From NCBI GenBank assembly GCA_964591715.1, contig CAZQDR010000003.1, forward strand, positions 269 to 64,268: a stretch of DNA of 64,000 bases. Direction: 5' to 3'. Positions 1-8,031 of this stretch are shown piece after piece. How positions within the stretch are numbered: the first letter of the stretch is position 1; each line of letters starts with the position of its first letter. This stretch comes from an uncultured Candidatus Saccharibacteria bacterium (GTDB lineage Bacteria; Patescibacteriota; Minisyncoccia; Phycocordibacterales; JACOZG01). Position numbers and translations under genes: made by a program. Under the pieces are notes generated by a model. That model had not been told where the DNA came from. It was given only the letters and a program-made list of their open reading frames with translations, and did no database searches.

Positions 1-12
1 CGATTTGTTAAG

Positions 13-34
13 AAAAAACCGCCCCAGGGGGCGG
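13..34 (-). terminator. Intrinsic terminator or attenuator hairpin
   Basis: CCGCCCC-A-GGGGCGG stem followed on the minus strand by T6. An upstream GGCGGC can alternatively pair with the GCCGCC that overlaps the stem. Confidence 0.5.
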
Positions 35-109
35 CCTGTCGAGCGACAGAAAGTAGCTCAGCTAAGCCGCCTTTTGGAATGATTCTTTGGTAACATATCG
101 ATACTGGCC

Positions 110-138
110 ATTCTATAGGAAGACTTATCCCCCGTCAA
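110..138 (-). promoter_or_regulatory. Sigma70-type promoter (TTGACG-17-TAGAAT) driving a ~90-nt leader or small RNA toward the window edge
   Basis: -35 at 133-138 and -10 at 110-115 with a 17-nt spacer. There is no ORF before the terminator at 13-34. Confidence 0.45.
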
Positions 139-188
139 GCGGCGGGATAGCTGCCTGTTTTTAGCTGTTAGCGCCTAGGTTTTAAGCC

Positions 189-773
189 CTATTTTGTGAA
201 CTTGAAGGAACTTAAAATGTTGTCAAAATCTGCATCGTAAGAAAACTGTTGGATTCCCAAAACAATACCCGATTTTTCAAAAGGAATAATTAATTCATTC
301 GAAGAACTCATTCCTGGAATATATTTGTAAAAGCTATAAGCATTGCCGTTTAGTATCTTTTCTACCTTCACTATCGAAGGATAGGACTCATAGGCCTTTT
401 TCACGACACTCCATTGCTGTAGGGAATAGTAATTAACGAAGACCCAACCATTGGTTTGGCCTCCCAAGGAATCACTTGTTATTTTTACACCCCAAACCGG
501 AACATCGTTATTGGTCACTTTTTGCCAACTACTGGGGTAAGTAAAGCTAAACCCAAATTGTTGATTCTGATAAAAGCTTTTACTGTCCGACAAGGAAACC
601 ACCACAGCGGGTTGAATTTGAATATTAGATTTAAGGTAAGTAATAGTTGGGTCAGAAACTTGAGAATTGCTCGTCGGAATTGCATCAACGGGTGTTTCGG
701 CTTTTTTGTTTAACAAGAAAATCCCACCAATAATTAGTGAAAGAACTAAAATGGCGATATGGGATTTTTTCAT
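189..773 (-). CDS. Membrane-anchored secreted protein, FKFT-tail family, paralog 1
   Basis: N-terminal signal anchor MKKSHIAILVLSLIIGGIFLL, a FGFSFTYPSSW motif, and a C-terminal FKFTK shared with the next genes. Confidence 0.6.
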   Translation of the reverse strand: MKKSHIAILVLSLIIGGIFLLNKKAETPVDAIPTSNSQVSDPTITYLKSNIQIQPAVVVSLSDSKSFYQNQQFGFSFTYPSSWQKVTNNDVPVWGVKITSDSLGGQTNGWVFVNYYSLQQWSVVKKAYESYPSIVKVEKILNGNAYSFYKYIPGMSSSNELIIPFEKSGIVLGIQQFSYDADFDNILSSFKFTK

Positions 774-774
774 G

Positions 775-1296
775 CTACTTGGTGAACTTGAAGGTGGAGA
801 GAATTCGACGCTCTATCGTAAATGACTCTCCTGTATTACTGAATGCTGAAGTGGAAAAAGTTAGATCAGTTTTGGGATTAGTGGTCAGAGGTATTACTGC
901 TGCGTATGTATCATATCTAAGGTTGTATTCGGGACAACCTTTTTTCTCTTCGACAGTAACCTGTTTTTTATCGATAGTGATCGAGGATGAAACAAAAGAT
1001 GTACAATTACCACCATTTGTCTGACGATAATCGTTGATAATATCTATACTAATTATACGTTGGTCCAGAACAACTTTAACCACTTCGGGCAAAGAATTGT
1101 TTATTTTCCAATCACCGGGGTACTTAAATTCAAATCCATATTTATCATTCTTGTACGTTTTCCAGTCTCCTATCGAAACTTCATTTGTTGTGGTCGCAAC
1201 GGGCGCCACGGCCGTTTTGGATAAAAACGGAACAGCAAAATTAAGTCCAACAATCACAATAACAAGCACAATGAGAGCAGTAATTTGTTTTTTCAT
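775..1296 (-). CDS. Membrane-anchored secreted protein, FKFT-tail family, paralog 2
   Basis: Conserved anchor module ALIVLVIVIVGLNFAVPFLSKTAVAPVATTT, a YGFEFKYPGDW motif, and a C-terminal STFKFTK. Its start lies 1 nt from the stop of the upstream gene. Confidence 0.65.
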   Translation of the reverse strand: MKKQITALIVLVIVIVGLNFAVPFLSKTAVAPVATTTNEVSIGDWKTYKNDKYGFEFKYPGDWKINNSLPEVVKVVLDQRIISIDIINDYRQTNGGNCTSFVSSSITIDKKQVTVEEKKGCPEYNLRYDTYAAVIPLTTNPKTDLTFSTSAFSNTGESFTIERRILSTFKFTK

Positions 1297-1297
1297 A

Positions 1298-2320
1298 TTA
1301 TGGTAATTGGCCTGGCTGGCAAGTAATTGTTCGCCCCGTCGGCACGCAGCGATTACTCACACAATCCGCCCCAGAATATTCAACAACTGGATAGGAAATT
1401 GCAACATCACACTGCTGGTTTAAGAAATTTTGGTCCTCTTGAGGATAGTGTCTCCCCTCACAACCCCAGCCCGAATTTATAAATGGATCATACGAATTAT
1501 ACGCTCCGTACCCACAAAAATGATCCCGAACTTGGCAGTCTGACTTTATTTCACAATAACTTGAGTCAGAAACATAGGGAGCTAATTTTGGATTAGCCTT
1601 CGCTAATGTGCCGTCATATTTAGCATTTTCATACTTACCAACTGCCAATTGACCGGAGGGGAAGCTTAGGTAAAATTCTCCCTTAAGTGGTTTGATGTAG
1701 GGGTTACTAACCTTACTTGCGTTGTAGACTAATCCAAAATTATTTACTGAAACGGGAATTTTAAGTAATTCCTTTATCTCATCGAGCTCACCGATAGATT
1801 CATCTTTTAAGACAACTGGAGATTTGGAGCGAACATCAATTACATACAAATCGGTATTTACTACTTGAGGAGAGGCAGTGAACTTGAAGGTCGAGATAAT
1901 ATCAGTTATTTGCTTAGCTAGCGGCAAAACAGAATCGACATAATCCTGAGAGCGAATATAAGAAAACACTAACCCATCCTTTTCAGCAATATATTGAGCG
2001 GGGTTTAATTCCGCTTTTTGAGCGTTAGCCCAATCAGCTTGAGTGGAAACTGAAAGGGTAAACATCCTTGGCTGATCCGAAACACCAAAACTCAGACCCT
2101 TATTATCCGTATTTTGAACTTGATAATTCGACCAACTAGCGGGAAATTTTAATTCAAATCCGTATTGGTCATTCTTATACGTCTTCGAATCCGCCATTGA
2201 AACTTCATCTGTCGTAGTCGTAACTGGCGCCACGGCCGTTTTAGATAAAAACGGAACAGCAAAGTTGAGACCAACAATCACTAGCACTAAAACAACGAGA
2301 GCAATGATTTGTTTTTGCAT
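1298..2320 (-). CDS. Membrane-anchored secreted protein, FKFT family, paralog 3, with an extra Cys-rich C-terminal domain
   Basis: Start trimmed to MQKQIIALVV (ATG at 2320). It has the same anchor module, YGFELKFPASW, and an internal STFKFTA, followed by a ~160-aa domain carrying 10 Cys. Confidence 0.6.
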   Translation of the reverse strand: MQKQIIALVVLVLVIVGLNFAVPFLSKTAVAPVTTTTDEVSMADSKTYKNDQYGFELKFPASWSNYQVQNTDNKGLSFGVSDQPRMFTLSVSTQADWANAQKAELNPAQYIAEKDGLVFSYIRSQDYVDSVLPLAKQITDIISTFKFTASPQVVNTDLYVIDVRSKSPVVLKDESIGELDEIKELLKIPVSVNNFGLVYNASKVSNPYIKPLKGEFYLSFPSGQLAVGKYENAKYDGTLAKANPKLAPYVSDSSYCEIKSDCQVRDHFCGYGAYNSYDPFINSGWGCEGRHYPQEDQNFLNQQCDVAISYPVVEYSGADCVSNRCVPTGRTITCQPGQLP

Positions 2321-2327
2321 ATTATAA

Positions 2328-2765
2328 TTAGTATTTCCACCCAATCTCTGAGGCCTGAAAAATATTTTGACCATTAATATTTACCCATCTACCCTTTATT
2401 TCAAAACCATAATTATCTTTATTTTTAATTTTGTTATCAATTTTTGTCAGACTTTCTGGTTGTTCACAAGAAACATCACAATCGGGATTGTCGGTATACG
2501 AATAAACTCTTGCCTTATCTGCGGAGATAGTATACTGGGCACTCGTTTGCACTTCTACTGCTTCAATGGTTTTTTTACTTAAATCAACACTGATCAACCT
2601 AGCGGGTCGCATCTCAATTTCTTCGTCGAGATTTTTATCGACTACCACCTCGCTTGTTGTCGTTGCAACTGGAGCTACGGCCGTTTTTGGTAAAAATGGA
2701 ACAATGAAATTGAGCCCGACAATGATAATAACGAGCACGATAAAAGCTAAAATGGTCTTTTTCAT
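2328..2765 (-). CDS. Membrane-anchored secreted protein sharing the anchor module, paralog 4
   Basis: Start trimmed to MKKTILAFIVLVIIIVGLNFIVPFLPKTAVAPVATTT (ATG at 2765). The ectodomain differs from paralogs 1-3. Confidence 0.55.
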   Translation of the reverse strand: MKKTILAFIVLVIIIVGLNFIVPFLPKTAVAPVATTTSEVVVDKNLDEEIEMRPARLISVDLSKKTIEAVEVQTSAQYTISADKARVYSYTDNPDCDVSCEQPESLTKIDNKIKNKDNYGFEIKGRWVNINGQNIFQASEIGWKY

Positions 2766-2786
2766 ATACTTTAACCATACCACAAA

Positions 2787-2806
2787 CCCCTGCCGTACGG
2801 CAGGGG
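2787..2806 (-). terminator. GC-rich hairpin downstream of the 2872-3561 gene
   Basis: CCCCTGCCGTACGGCAGGGG is a perfect 8-bp stem, but the flanking T tract is weak. Further hairpins lie at 2838-2868. Confidence 0.4.
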
Positions 2807-2871
2807 TTGTTTCAAGTTAAATTATTTGGGGTATATTCCGCCAGAGGCGGACCCGCCGGTGGCGGGCTAGA

Positions 2872-3561
2872 TTAGCGGCGAGCGCCAACTTCGTCGCGCA
2901 ATTTCTCGATATAGCGCGCTGCGGCGTCCCGTCCACCCAAACCGAAGGCCAAGCCACCCGCGAGGGCCAACATGGCAACCAAACCAGTGAAGAGAGTCTG
3001 GAGCAAGACTACGGCTACTCCCAATTGGAGTAAAGCGGCAATCAAAGCGAAGATCCAGATCGCCCACTTGGCGATACCGCCCAAGAACTTAGCCGAAGTG
3101 ATGCCGGCCGCCATGGCGGAACCAGTCACTACGCGCTGGAGGGCATCAGCCAAAACCGCGGCTACCAAGAGAACCAAAGCGGCAACGATTACGTTTGGCA
3201 AGAAGCCAAGCACAATCTGGTGCAAGAAGTCACTGACCTGAACCAGGCCGAGCACCTCGACTGAGGCCAAAAGGAAAACGATGATAATAAACCACTTAAC
3301 CAAACCACCGATGAAAGCCCCGGCATTCAAGCGGAAGCCAGCGCGAGCCAACAGCTCGTCAGTACCAACCTCCTCGAGCGCCTTATCTACCCGGAGTGAC
3401 TTGATTAATTGCTCAACCCAACGGCCCAAAATAGTACCGATCAACCAACCAAAAATAAAGATAACGATCGCTACTAAGAGATTAGGAACGAAGGAGATGA
3501 CGCCGTACCATAAATTCTGGAACGAATTCGTCAAAACCTGGCCCCAAGTTTGTAACAACAT
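2872..3561 (-). CDS. Multi-pass membrane protein, conserved-TM-helix-repeat type (MscS-associated family)
   Basis: Five to six hydrophobic helices with repeated GxxxKxxIxxxIxL-like units. The assignment is from memory of TM_helix repeat proteins. Confidence 0.5.
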   Translation of the reverse strand: MLLQTWGQVLTNSFQNLWYGVISFVPNLLVAIVIFIFGWLIGTILGRWVEQLIKSLRVDKALEEVGTDELLARAGFRLNAGAFIGGLVKWFIIIVFLLASVEVLGLVQVSDFLHQIVLGFLPNVIVAALVLLVAAVLADALQRVVTGSAMAAGITSAKFLGGIAKWAIWIFALIAALLQLGVAVVLLQTLFTGLVAMLALAGGLAFGLGGRDAAARYIEKLRDEVGARR

Positions 3562-3618
3562 ATATTACGCGTTTAGTAAATTGCTAATAAACACACTCTA
3601 GAGTATACCATTTAGGCC

Positions 3619-4188
3619 CTAGACTTGAATACGGTCAATCAGTCGCTCGTGGGGATAATCAAGAACGTCACGCACAAATTTATCGCAGGCGTTGACCCGA
3701 TACTTAAAGTCATTCGTTTCCAAAACAGCATAGGCTAACTCCTTACCAATTTCGGCTTCCAAGCCGCGAATGACCCGCTCGATGGCGCGACGCTTTAAGT
3801 TCTCTCCCACCACCAAAAGATCCGCCCGACTATCAGTGTCCTCAATAAAGATACCAGAGATAATGAGGAGCGAGATGCGGCCACAACCGGCAAACTGACG
3901 AATTAATTCCTTTTTGCGAGCCACCAAGTCATTCTTCAATATTCCCTTCAGGTGACTAATAAACGGGAAGGTCGGGTTTAGCTGCCAGCCTTTGGTTTTT
4001 CCCTTAGCTCGCTTGGCAATAAACTCAATCGTCCCCAACCCATTTAGCTCCCGGCCCACCGTCCCCTTACTGACCCGGCTACGCTCGGCCACTTCCTTGT
4101 TAATAAAGACAGCCTCAGGATTAAGCAGGAAGAGGCGCATAATCTTAACCTTGTTGGCACTACCAAATAGCTTACCTAAGATTTCCAT
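3619..4188 (-). CDS. Winged-helix DNA-binding protein with a C-terminal alpha/beta domain
   Basis: N-terminal KVKIMRLFLLNP...VAERSRVSKGTVGRELNGL wHTH pattern. The promoter TGtTATACT sits 7 nt upstream of the ATG. Confidence 0.45.
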   Translation of the reverse strand: MEILGKLFGSANKVKIMRLFLLNPEAVFINKEVAERSRVSKGTVGRELNGLGTIEFIAKRAKGKTKGWQLNPTFPFISHLKGILKNDLVARKKELIRQFAGCGRISLLIISGIFIEDTDSRADLLVVGENLKRRAIERVIRGLEAEIGKELAYAVLETNDFKYRVNACDKFVRDVLDYPHERLIDRIQV

Positions 4189-4205
4189 GCCCCCTAGTAT
4201 AACAC

Positions 4206-4233
4206 AAAACCACCCGCCAAGGCGGGTGGTTTT
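4206..4233 (-). terminator. Intrinsic terminator after rplL
   Basis: CCACCCGCC-AA-GGCGGGTGG stem flanked by A and T runs. Confidence 0.7.
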
Positions 4234-4256
4234 AAATTCGGTAAGTGCGGGGAAGG

Positions 4257-4628
4257 TTATTTCAATTCCACCTTGCCACCAGCCTCTTCGATCTTCTTCT
4301 TCAAAGCATCGGCTTCGTCCTTCTTCATATTCTCCTTCAAGAGAGCGGGAGCGGCGTCAACCAAGTCCTTGGCCTCCTTCAAACCGAGAGCCAAAGCCTC
4401 CTTCAACACCTTGATCACTTGGATCTTCTGCTCGCCTGCCGCTGACAAGTGGACATTGAAGCTGTCCTTCTCCTCGGCCGCCTCACCAGCACCAGCGCCG
4501 GCACCACCAGCCATCACCATGGCCGCAGCGGAAACACCAAAGCGCTCCTCCAGAGCCTTAACGAGCTCGTTTAACTCGAGCACCGTCATGCCTTCTACCT
4601 TCTCAATTAATTCTTTAAATTTTTCCAT
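4257..4628 (-). CDS. rplL: 50S ribosomal protein L7/L12
   Basis: Ala/Gly-rich hinge and a C-terminal [22 protein letters not shown]...GGKVELK. Confidence 0.92.
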   Translation of the reverse strand: MEKFKELIEKVEGMTVLELNELVKALEERFGVSAAAMVMAGGAGAGAGEAAEEKDSFNVHLSAAGEQKIQVIKVLKEALALGLKEAKDLVDAAPALLKENMKKDEADALKKKIEEAGGKVELK

Positions 4629-4633
4629 ACGAT

Positions 4634-5125
4634 TTATGCTTGTTTAGTTTTGCTAATTTGGTCGAGAGCCATCACTAGTCGCTGCAATGGCGAGTTGATC
4701 AAGTTTACAAACTTGCCCAACAACACCTCGCGGCCCGGGATCGTTGCCAGCGTCATCATAAATGCCGCATCCGCATACTTACCCTCGAAAATTCCGCCCA
4801 CAATCTTCACCGCATCTTTGTTCTTCTTCTCAAACTCGTAGACACCGCGAGCGGGTGCAATCGCATCAGCGCCATAGGCGACGGCGATCTCACCAGGCAG
4901 TTCGGGCATCGTCCCCTCAAATGAGCGGGTGTCGAGTAGTCGGCGAATCAAAGTCTTCTTGGCGACGGTCAAACCAACATTCTGGCTTCGTAAACCGCGG
5001 CGCAGTTCAGTGGCATTACCCACTGTCAGTCCGTGAAAGCTCACAAAGACCACCGTGTCGGCCTTACCCATTTTCTCGTCAAGATTTTTGACGATATCTA
5101 TCTTCTTCGTCTTCGTAATTGCCAT
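4634..5125 (-). CDS. rplJ: 50S ribosomal protein L10
   Basis: Sits directly upstream of rplL and carries L10-like [20 protein letters not shown]. Confidence 0.85.
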   Translation of the reverse strand: MAITKTKKIDIVKNLDEKMGKADTVVFVSFHGLTVGNATELRRGLRSQNVGLTVAKKTLIRRLLDTRSFEGTMPELPGEIAVAYGADAIAPARGVYEFEKKNKDAVKIVGGIFEGKYADAAFMMTLATIPGREVLLGKFVNLINSPLQRLVMALDQISKTKQA

Positions 5126-5222
5126 AGAGTACTTGGGTTAATAAAAAAATAAAAACGACCAAAGCCGTTAGAAATTCCTCGGCAGGGCTTATGGACGCCT
5201 GCTGTCTAAGGCTTACATGATG
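5126..5222 (-). promoter_or_regulatory. Probable L10 (rplJ) autoregulatory leader with a terminator-like hairpin
   Basis: A ~100-nt untranslated leader lies between the promoter and rplJ. It ends in an ACGGC-TTTG-GTCGT stem plus T5AT7. Confidence 0.45.
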
Positions 5223-5250
5223 AGTATACTGATTAACCCGACACCGTCAA
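5223..5250 (-). promoter_or_regulatory. Sigma70-type promoter TTGACG-16-TATACT for rplJL
   Basis: -35 at 5245-5250 and -10 at 5223-5228. Confidence 0.55.
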
Positions 5251-5257
5251 GCGTGAG

Positions 5258-5572
5258 TTACTCGGCTTGGAGCTGGGCTAAGGTAGCGTTTAAAGCGGAG
5301 ATTTGGTTAACGAGGTCAATGACTGACTGGCTTTCCGGTACGGGGGCACCTTGCCACTTTTGGAGGGCAGCCACCAGGTTAGCGAATTCGTAGATATATT
5401 GCTCACAGTTATCCCAAGCCTCGCCCACGAGCGGACCCTGGCTAAAGTCACACACCGCGGCTTGCGCCTGGTAGGCACTCGAGGCATCCAAATTCTCTTG
5501 GTCAGCGAACACAACCGGAGCGGTTAGTAAGGTAAGGGCCACCAAAATGGCGCTGGCAATGATTTTCTTCAT
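5258..5572 (-). CDS. Small secreted protein
   Basis: Cleavable-looking signal peptide MKKIIASAILVALTLLTAPVVFA, followed by a helical domain with 2 Cys. Confidence 0.5.
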   Translation of the reverse strand: MKKIIASAILVALTLLTAPVVFADQENLDASSAYQAQAAVCDFSQGPLVGEAWDNCEQYIYEFANLVAALQKWQGAPVPESQSVIDLVNQISALNATLAQLQAE

Positions 5573-5677
5573 GCTTAAACTATATCAGACTATTTAAAAT
5601 ATTGCAAGAGGAAGATACTACCCAGGCCAACCAGCAAAATAACGATAAAACCAACCGCCATTTGCCAAAATTTGTCG

Positions 5678-6934
5678 TCAAAATATTTCATGCCACAATC
5701 TTTGCCACCACGACGGGTCAGTTGGGAGTTCGACCATGGTCGCAGTGGCCGCCGGCAGTGAGCTTACTGACGGCGGTAAGTCTATTGTAGCAGTTTCTAA
5801 AACGACTGGCACCACTGTCGCTTCATAATCAGGCGATACTGCTACGGGTAGCGCTGGTGGGGCCAGAGATTGGAGTTGCCGCGCGAGCAAGGCGAGCGCG
5901 GCTCCTTGGGTATTCGTTTCCGCATAGACTCGCCCGTTCGGGGCCGCCAGCGACAACTGGTTCGCTACAGTCAAAAAAGGAATTTTAACGGAGCTGGCAC
6001 TATTCAAAATCGTATCTTCCGGCAGGATGATTTTTTTCTTGCTGTCGCCCAACTGCCAATTCCCTACATTTACCTCATAGTTAGAATTATTTTTTAATTC
6101 GACATAGGCTTGATCACCATCATTACCCGCCCTAATAGCTAGGACTGGTTCAACCACCGTAATTACCGTCCGCGCCACCGCCTCGTCACTACCCTGCCGA
6201 ACCGTTGCCACCACGTTATAAGTGCCCGGGAAGGCGTACTGGTGATCAACCACCTCGCGATAGGCGGCGACACCATCACCAAAGCTCCAGTGATACTCAA
6301 TTGGCGCCGCGTCATCAGCACCACTAACCACTGCCCGGAAGGGCAGTCCCGCCCCCACCGCCACTTGCCGCTTGCGACCAATTGATAATCCCAGCCCTAA
6401 TTTCTCCTTCGGATTAGAGAGGGCGACCTGACTTTGATGACTGGAGCTAATACCACCCGAAGTGGCCGTGCTACCAACAACACTTACGGCGGGTTCCTCA
6501 TCTGGGTCCGAGTCGCCGCCCGCGGCCGCGGGCGGCGCGTCCGCGCTCACCGTAATTGGCTGCGAGGTTTGCCAGCTTTGACCACTCGTGCGCCCGGTTA
6601 CCACCACCTTAATGGTATACGAACCGGCCGTGGAATCGCGGTAGAGAAAATTGCGATTGGCCGAATTTTTGCTCATTGTTGTCGTTACCGGATTACCGCT
6701 AGTACTTAAAAATTCGCCCGTCGCTGACGTACTGGTAAAAGTCAGATCAGCCGTCTCGGTAATATTTTCTTTAACTCCCGCATTATTTTGGGTTTGCACG
6801 GTAATCGTCGCCGAACTCGCCCCTGGCGCAATCGTTTGCGGCTCGGTAGTAAAGACCACTCCCGCTACCTCTGCCCGCACCAAAACCGGCAGGAGGAGGA
6901 TGAGTCCCACTGCCATCACGTGTTTGTAGTTCAT
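5678..6934 (-). CDS. Secreted protein with Ig-like, PKD and lamin-tail (LTD) domains
   Basis: Signal peptide; PKD signature YHWSFGDG...HQYAFPGTYNVVATV; LTD signature AYVELKNNSNYEVNVGNWQLGD. Confidence 0.6.
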   Translation of the reverse strand: MNYKHVMAVGLILLLPVLVRAEVAGVVFTTEPQTIAPGASSATITVQTQNNAGVKENITETADLTFTSTSATGEFLSTSGNPVTTTMSKNSANRNFLYRDSTAGSYTIKVVVTGRTSGQSWQTSQPITVSADAPPAAAGGDSDPDEEPAVSVVGSTATSGGISSSHQSQVALSNPKEKLGLGLSIGRKRQVAVGAGLPFRAVVSGADDAAPIEYHWSFGDGVAAYREVVDHQYAFPGTYNVVATVRQGSDEAVARTVITVVEPVLAIRAGNDGDQAYVELKNNSNYEVNVGNWQLGDSKKKIILPEDTILNSASSVKIPFLTVANQLSLAAPNGRVYAETNTQGAALALLARQLQSLAPPALPVAVSPDYEATVVPVVLETATIDLPPSVSSLPAATATMVELPTDPSWWQRLWHEIF

Positions 6935-6937
6935 GGT

Positions 6938-7912
6938 TTAGTAACTTATTTGATCAACCAACAGACCGCTCTGGTCATAAAGACTGATTGTCTCGCGCTC
7001 CTTACCCCAGAGCTCATAACCTAAATTGAGATAAATATACCACGACTGACTGTAAAAGTCGCGCTCGCTTCGACTGCGATCCAGGCAAGCAGTATAGCTG
7101 TAATTTTGTTTGAGAAAATCCTTGCAGCGGGATGACAAGTTAGGTGTCTTATCCACAAAACCTGACTGCAATTCACCAGAGGAATCGCGAACTGATCCAA
7201 AAACTGGCGCGTGACAATATCCCAACCGCCTCACAAAGTTGTAACAGTCATCCTCCAGATTATCCACGCCAGCCACCTTGCTTGGCGTTGGGCAACGCGA
7301 GGAAATGGGTGGCGTAAACTGGTAACTAGGCAAATCTTCCAAATAACCGCTACACATATTAACTTTAAAACTAACGTCAATCGGATAAGGTGTCAGCGTG
7401 GGCATCCGACCAGTAATAATGTTGGCGTGATCCCCCCGCTCCAAAACAATGGGCTGCAAAATTTTAGCGGCGCGCGGATCGAAGAGTTTGACTCCGGAAG
7501 GGATGGCAGCGGTCGGGGCCTGATAGGCTACTTTTTGCTTGCTGTTTACCAACTTCCAACCCGTAATCGTTACCGGCTCTTGGGCTCGCGAGGTCAGTCG
7601 AATATACTCCTTCGCTGGCTGGACCTCATTGCGCGCACTGCCTAGAGAAATCTGAACTTGATCATACCAAATCGAGCGAGTCGGATCGCCCGACTTCGAA
7701 CCGGCACTGGAACTATTGGGGGTAACGGCGGAACCGGAGCTCGAGGGATAATTGCTCGGGCGAGCGGATACCCGGCTTTTCGACTCAAGGGGTGACTGGA
7801 TGAACGGCTTCTCTGTCGTTGATCGATTAGGACCACCAGTAAAAAGCCAAATGAAGCCGAGCGCCACAAAAATCCCAATCACCCACAGTAAATCGCGAAC
7901 CGCTTCACTCAT
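6938..7912 (-). CDS. Membrane-anchored protein with an LTD-like domain and a Cys-rich C-terminal domain
   Basis: N-terminal TM helix, LTD-like EYIRLTSRAQEPVTITGWKLVN, and 6 Cys in the C-terminal third. Confidence 0.5.
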   Translation of the reverse strand: MSEAVRDLLWVIGIFVALGFIWLFTGGPNRSTTEKPFIQSPLESKSRVSARPSNYPSSSGSAVTPNSSSAGSKSGDPTRSIWYDQVQISLGSARNEVQPAKEYIRLTSRAQEPVTITGWKLVNSKQKVAYQAPTAAIPSGVKLFDPRAAKILQPIVLERGDHANIITGRMPTLTPYPIDVSFKVNMCSGYLEDLPSYQFTPPISSRCPTPSKVAGVDNLEDDCYNFVRRLGYCHAPVFGSVRDSSGELQSGFVDKTPNLSSRCKDFLKQNYSYTACLDRSRSERDFYSQSWYIYLNLGYELWGKERETISLYDQSGLLVDQISY

Positions 7913-7952
7913 AATAAATTATTGTACCATGAGCTGGTTTTTCCGCGCACAC

Positions 7953-7982
7953 AAAAACACCCCGCCGAGGCGGGGTGTTTTT
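7953..7982 (-). terminator. Intrinsic terminator (bidirectional shape)
   Basis: ACACCCCGCC-GA-GGCGGGGTGT stem flanked by A5 and T5. Confidence 0.7.
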
Positions 7983-8031
7983 GATTAGCGATCCGATCAG
8001 CCAAACGCTGACGTCGGAAAGTTAAAGTTAC

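Noticed and set aside
40-110. GTAGCTCAGC at about 53-62 looked like a tRNA D-arm.
   Set aside because: No T arm (GTTCGAnnC) and no acceptor pairing appear on either strand. The segment is better explained as part of a leader with alternative hairpins.
4273-5091. Plus-strand ORFs of 124, 63 and 109 aa opposite rplL and rplJ. Comparable antisense ORFs lie opposite ftsK, recA, ileS, copA, the RND pump and others.
   Set aside because: They are antisense shadows of confidently identified genes. Their products are compositionally biased and lack start signals.
5590-5661. A 23-codon hydrophobic mini-ORF (MAVGFIVILLVGLGSIFLLQYFK) between two secreted-protein genes.
   Set aside because: It is too short, has no SD or promoter signal, and cannot be supported without comparative data.
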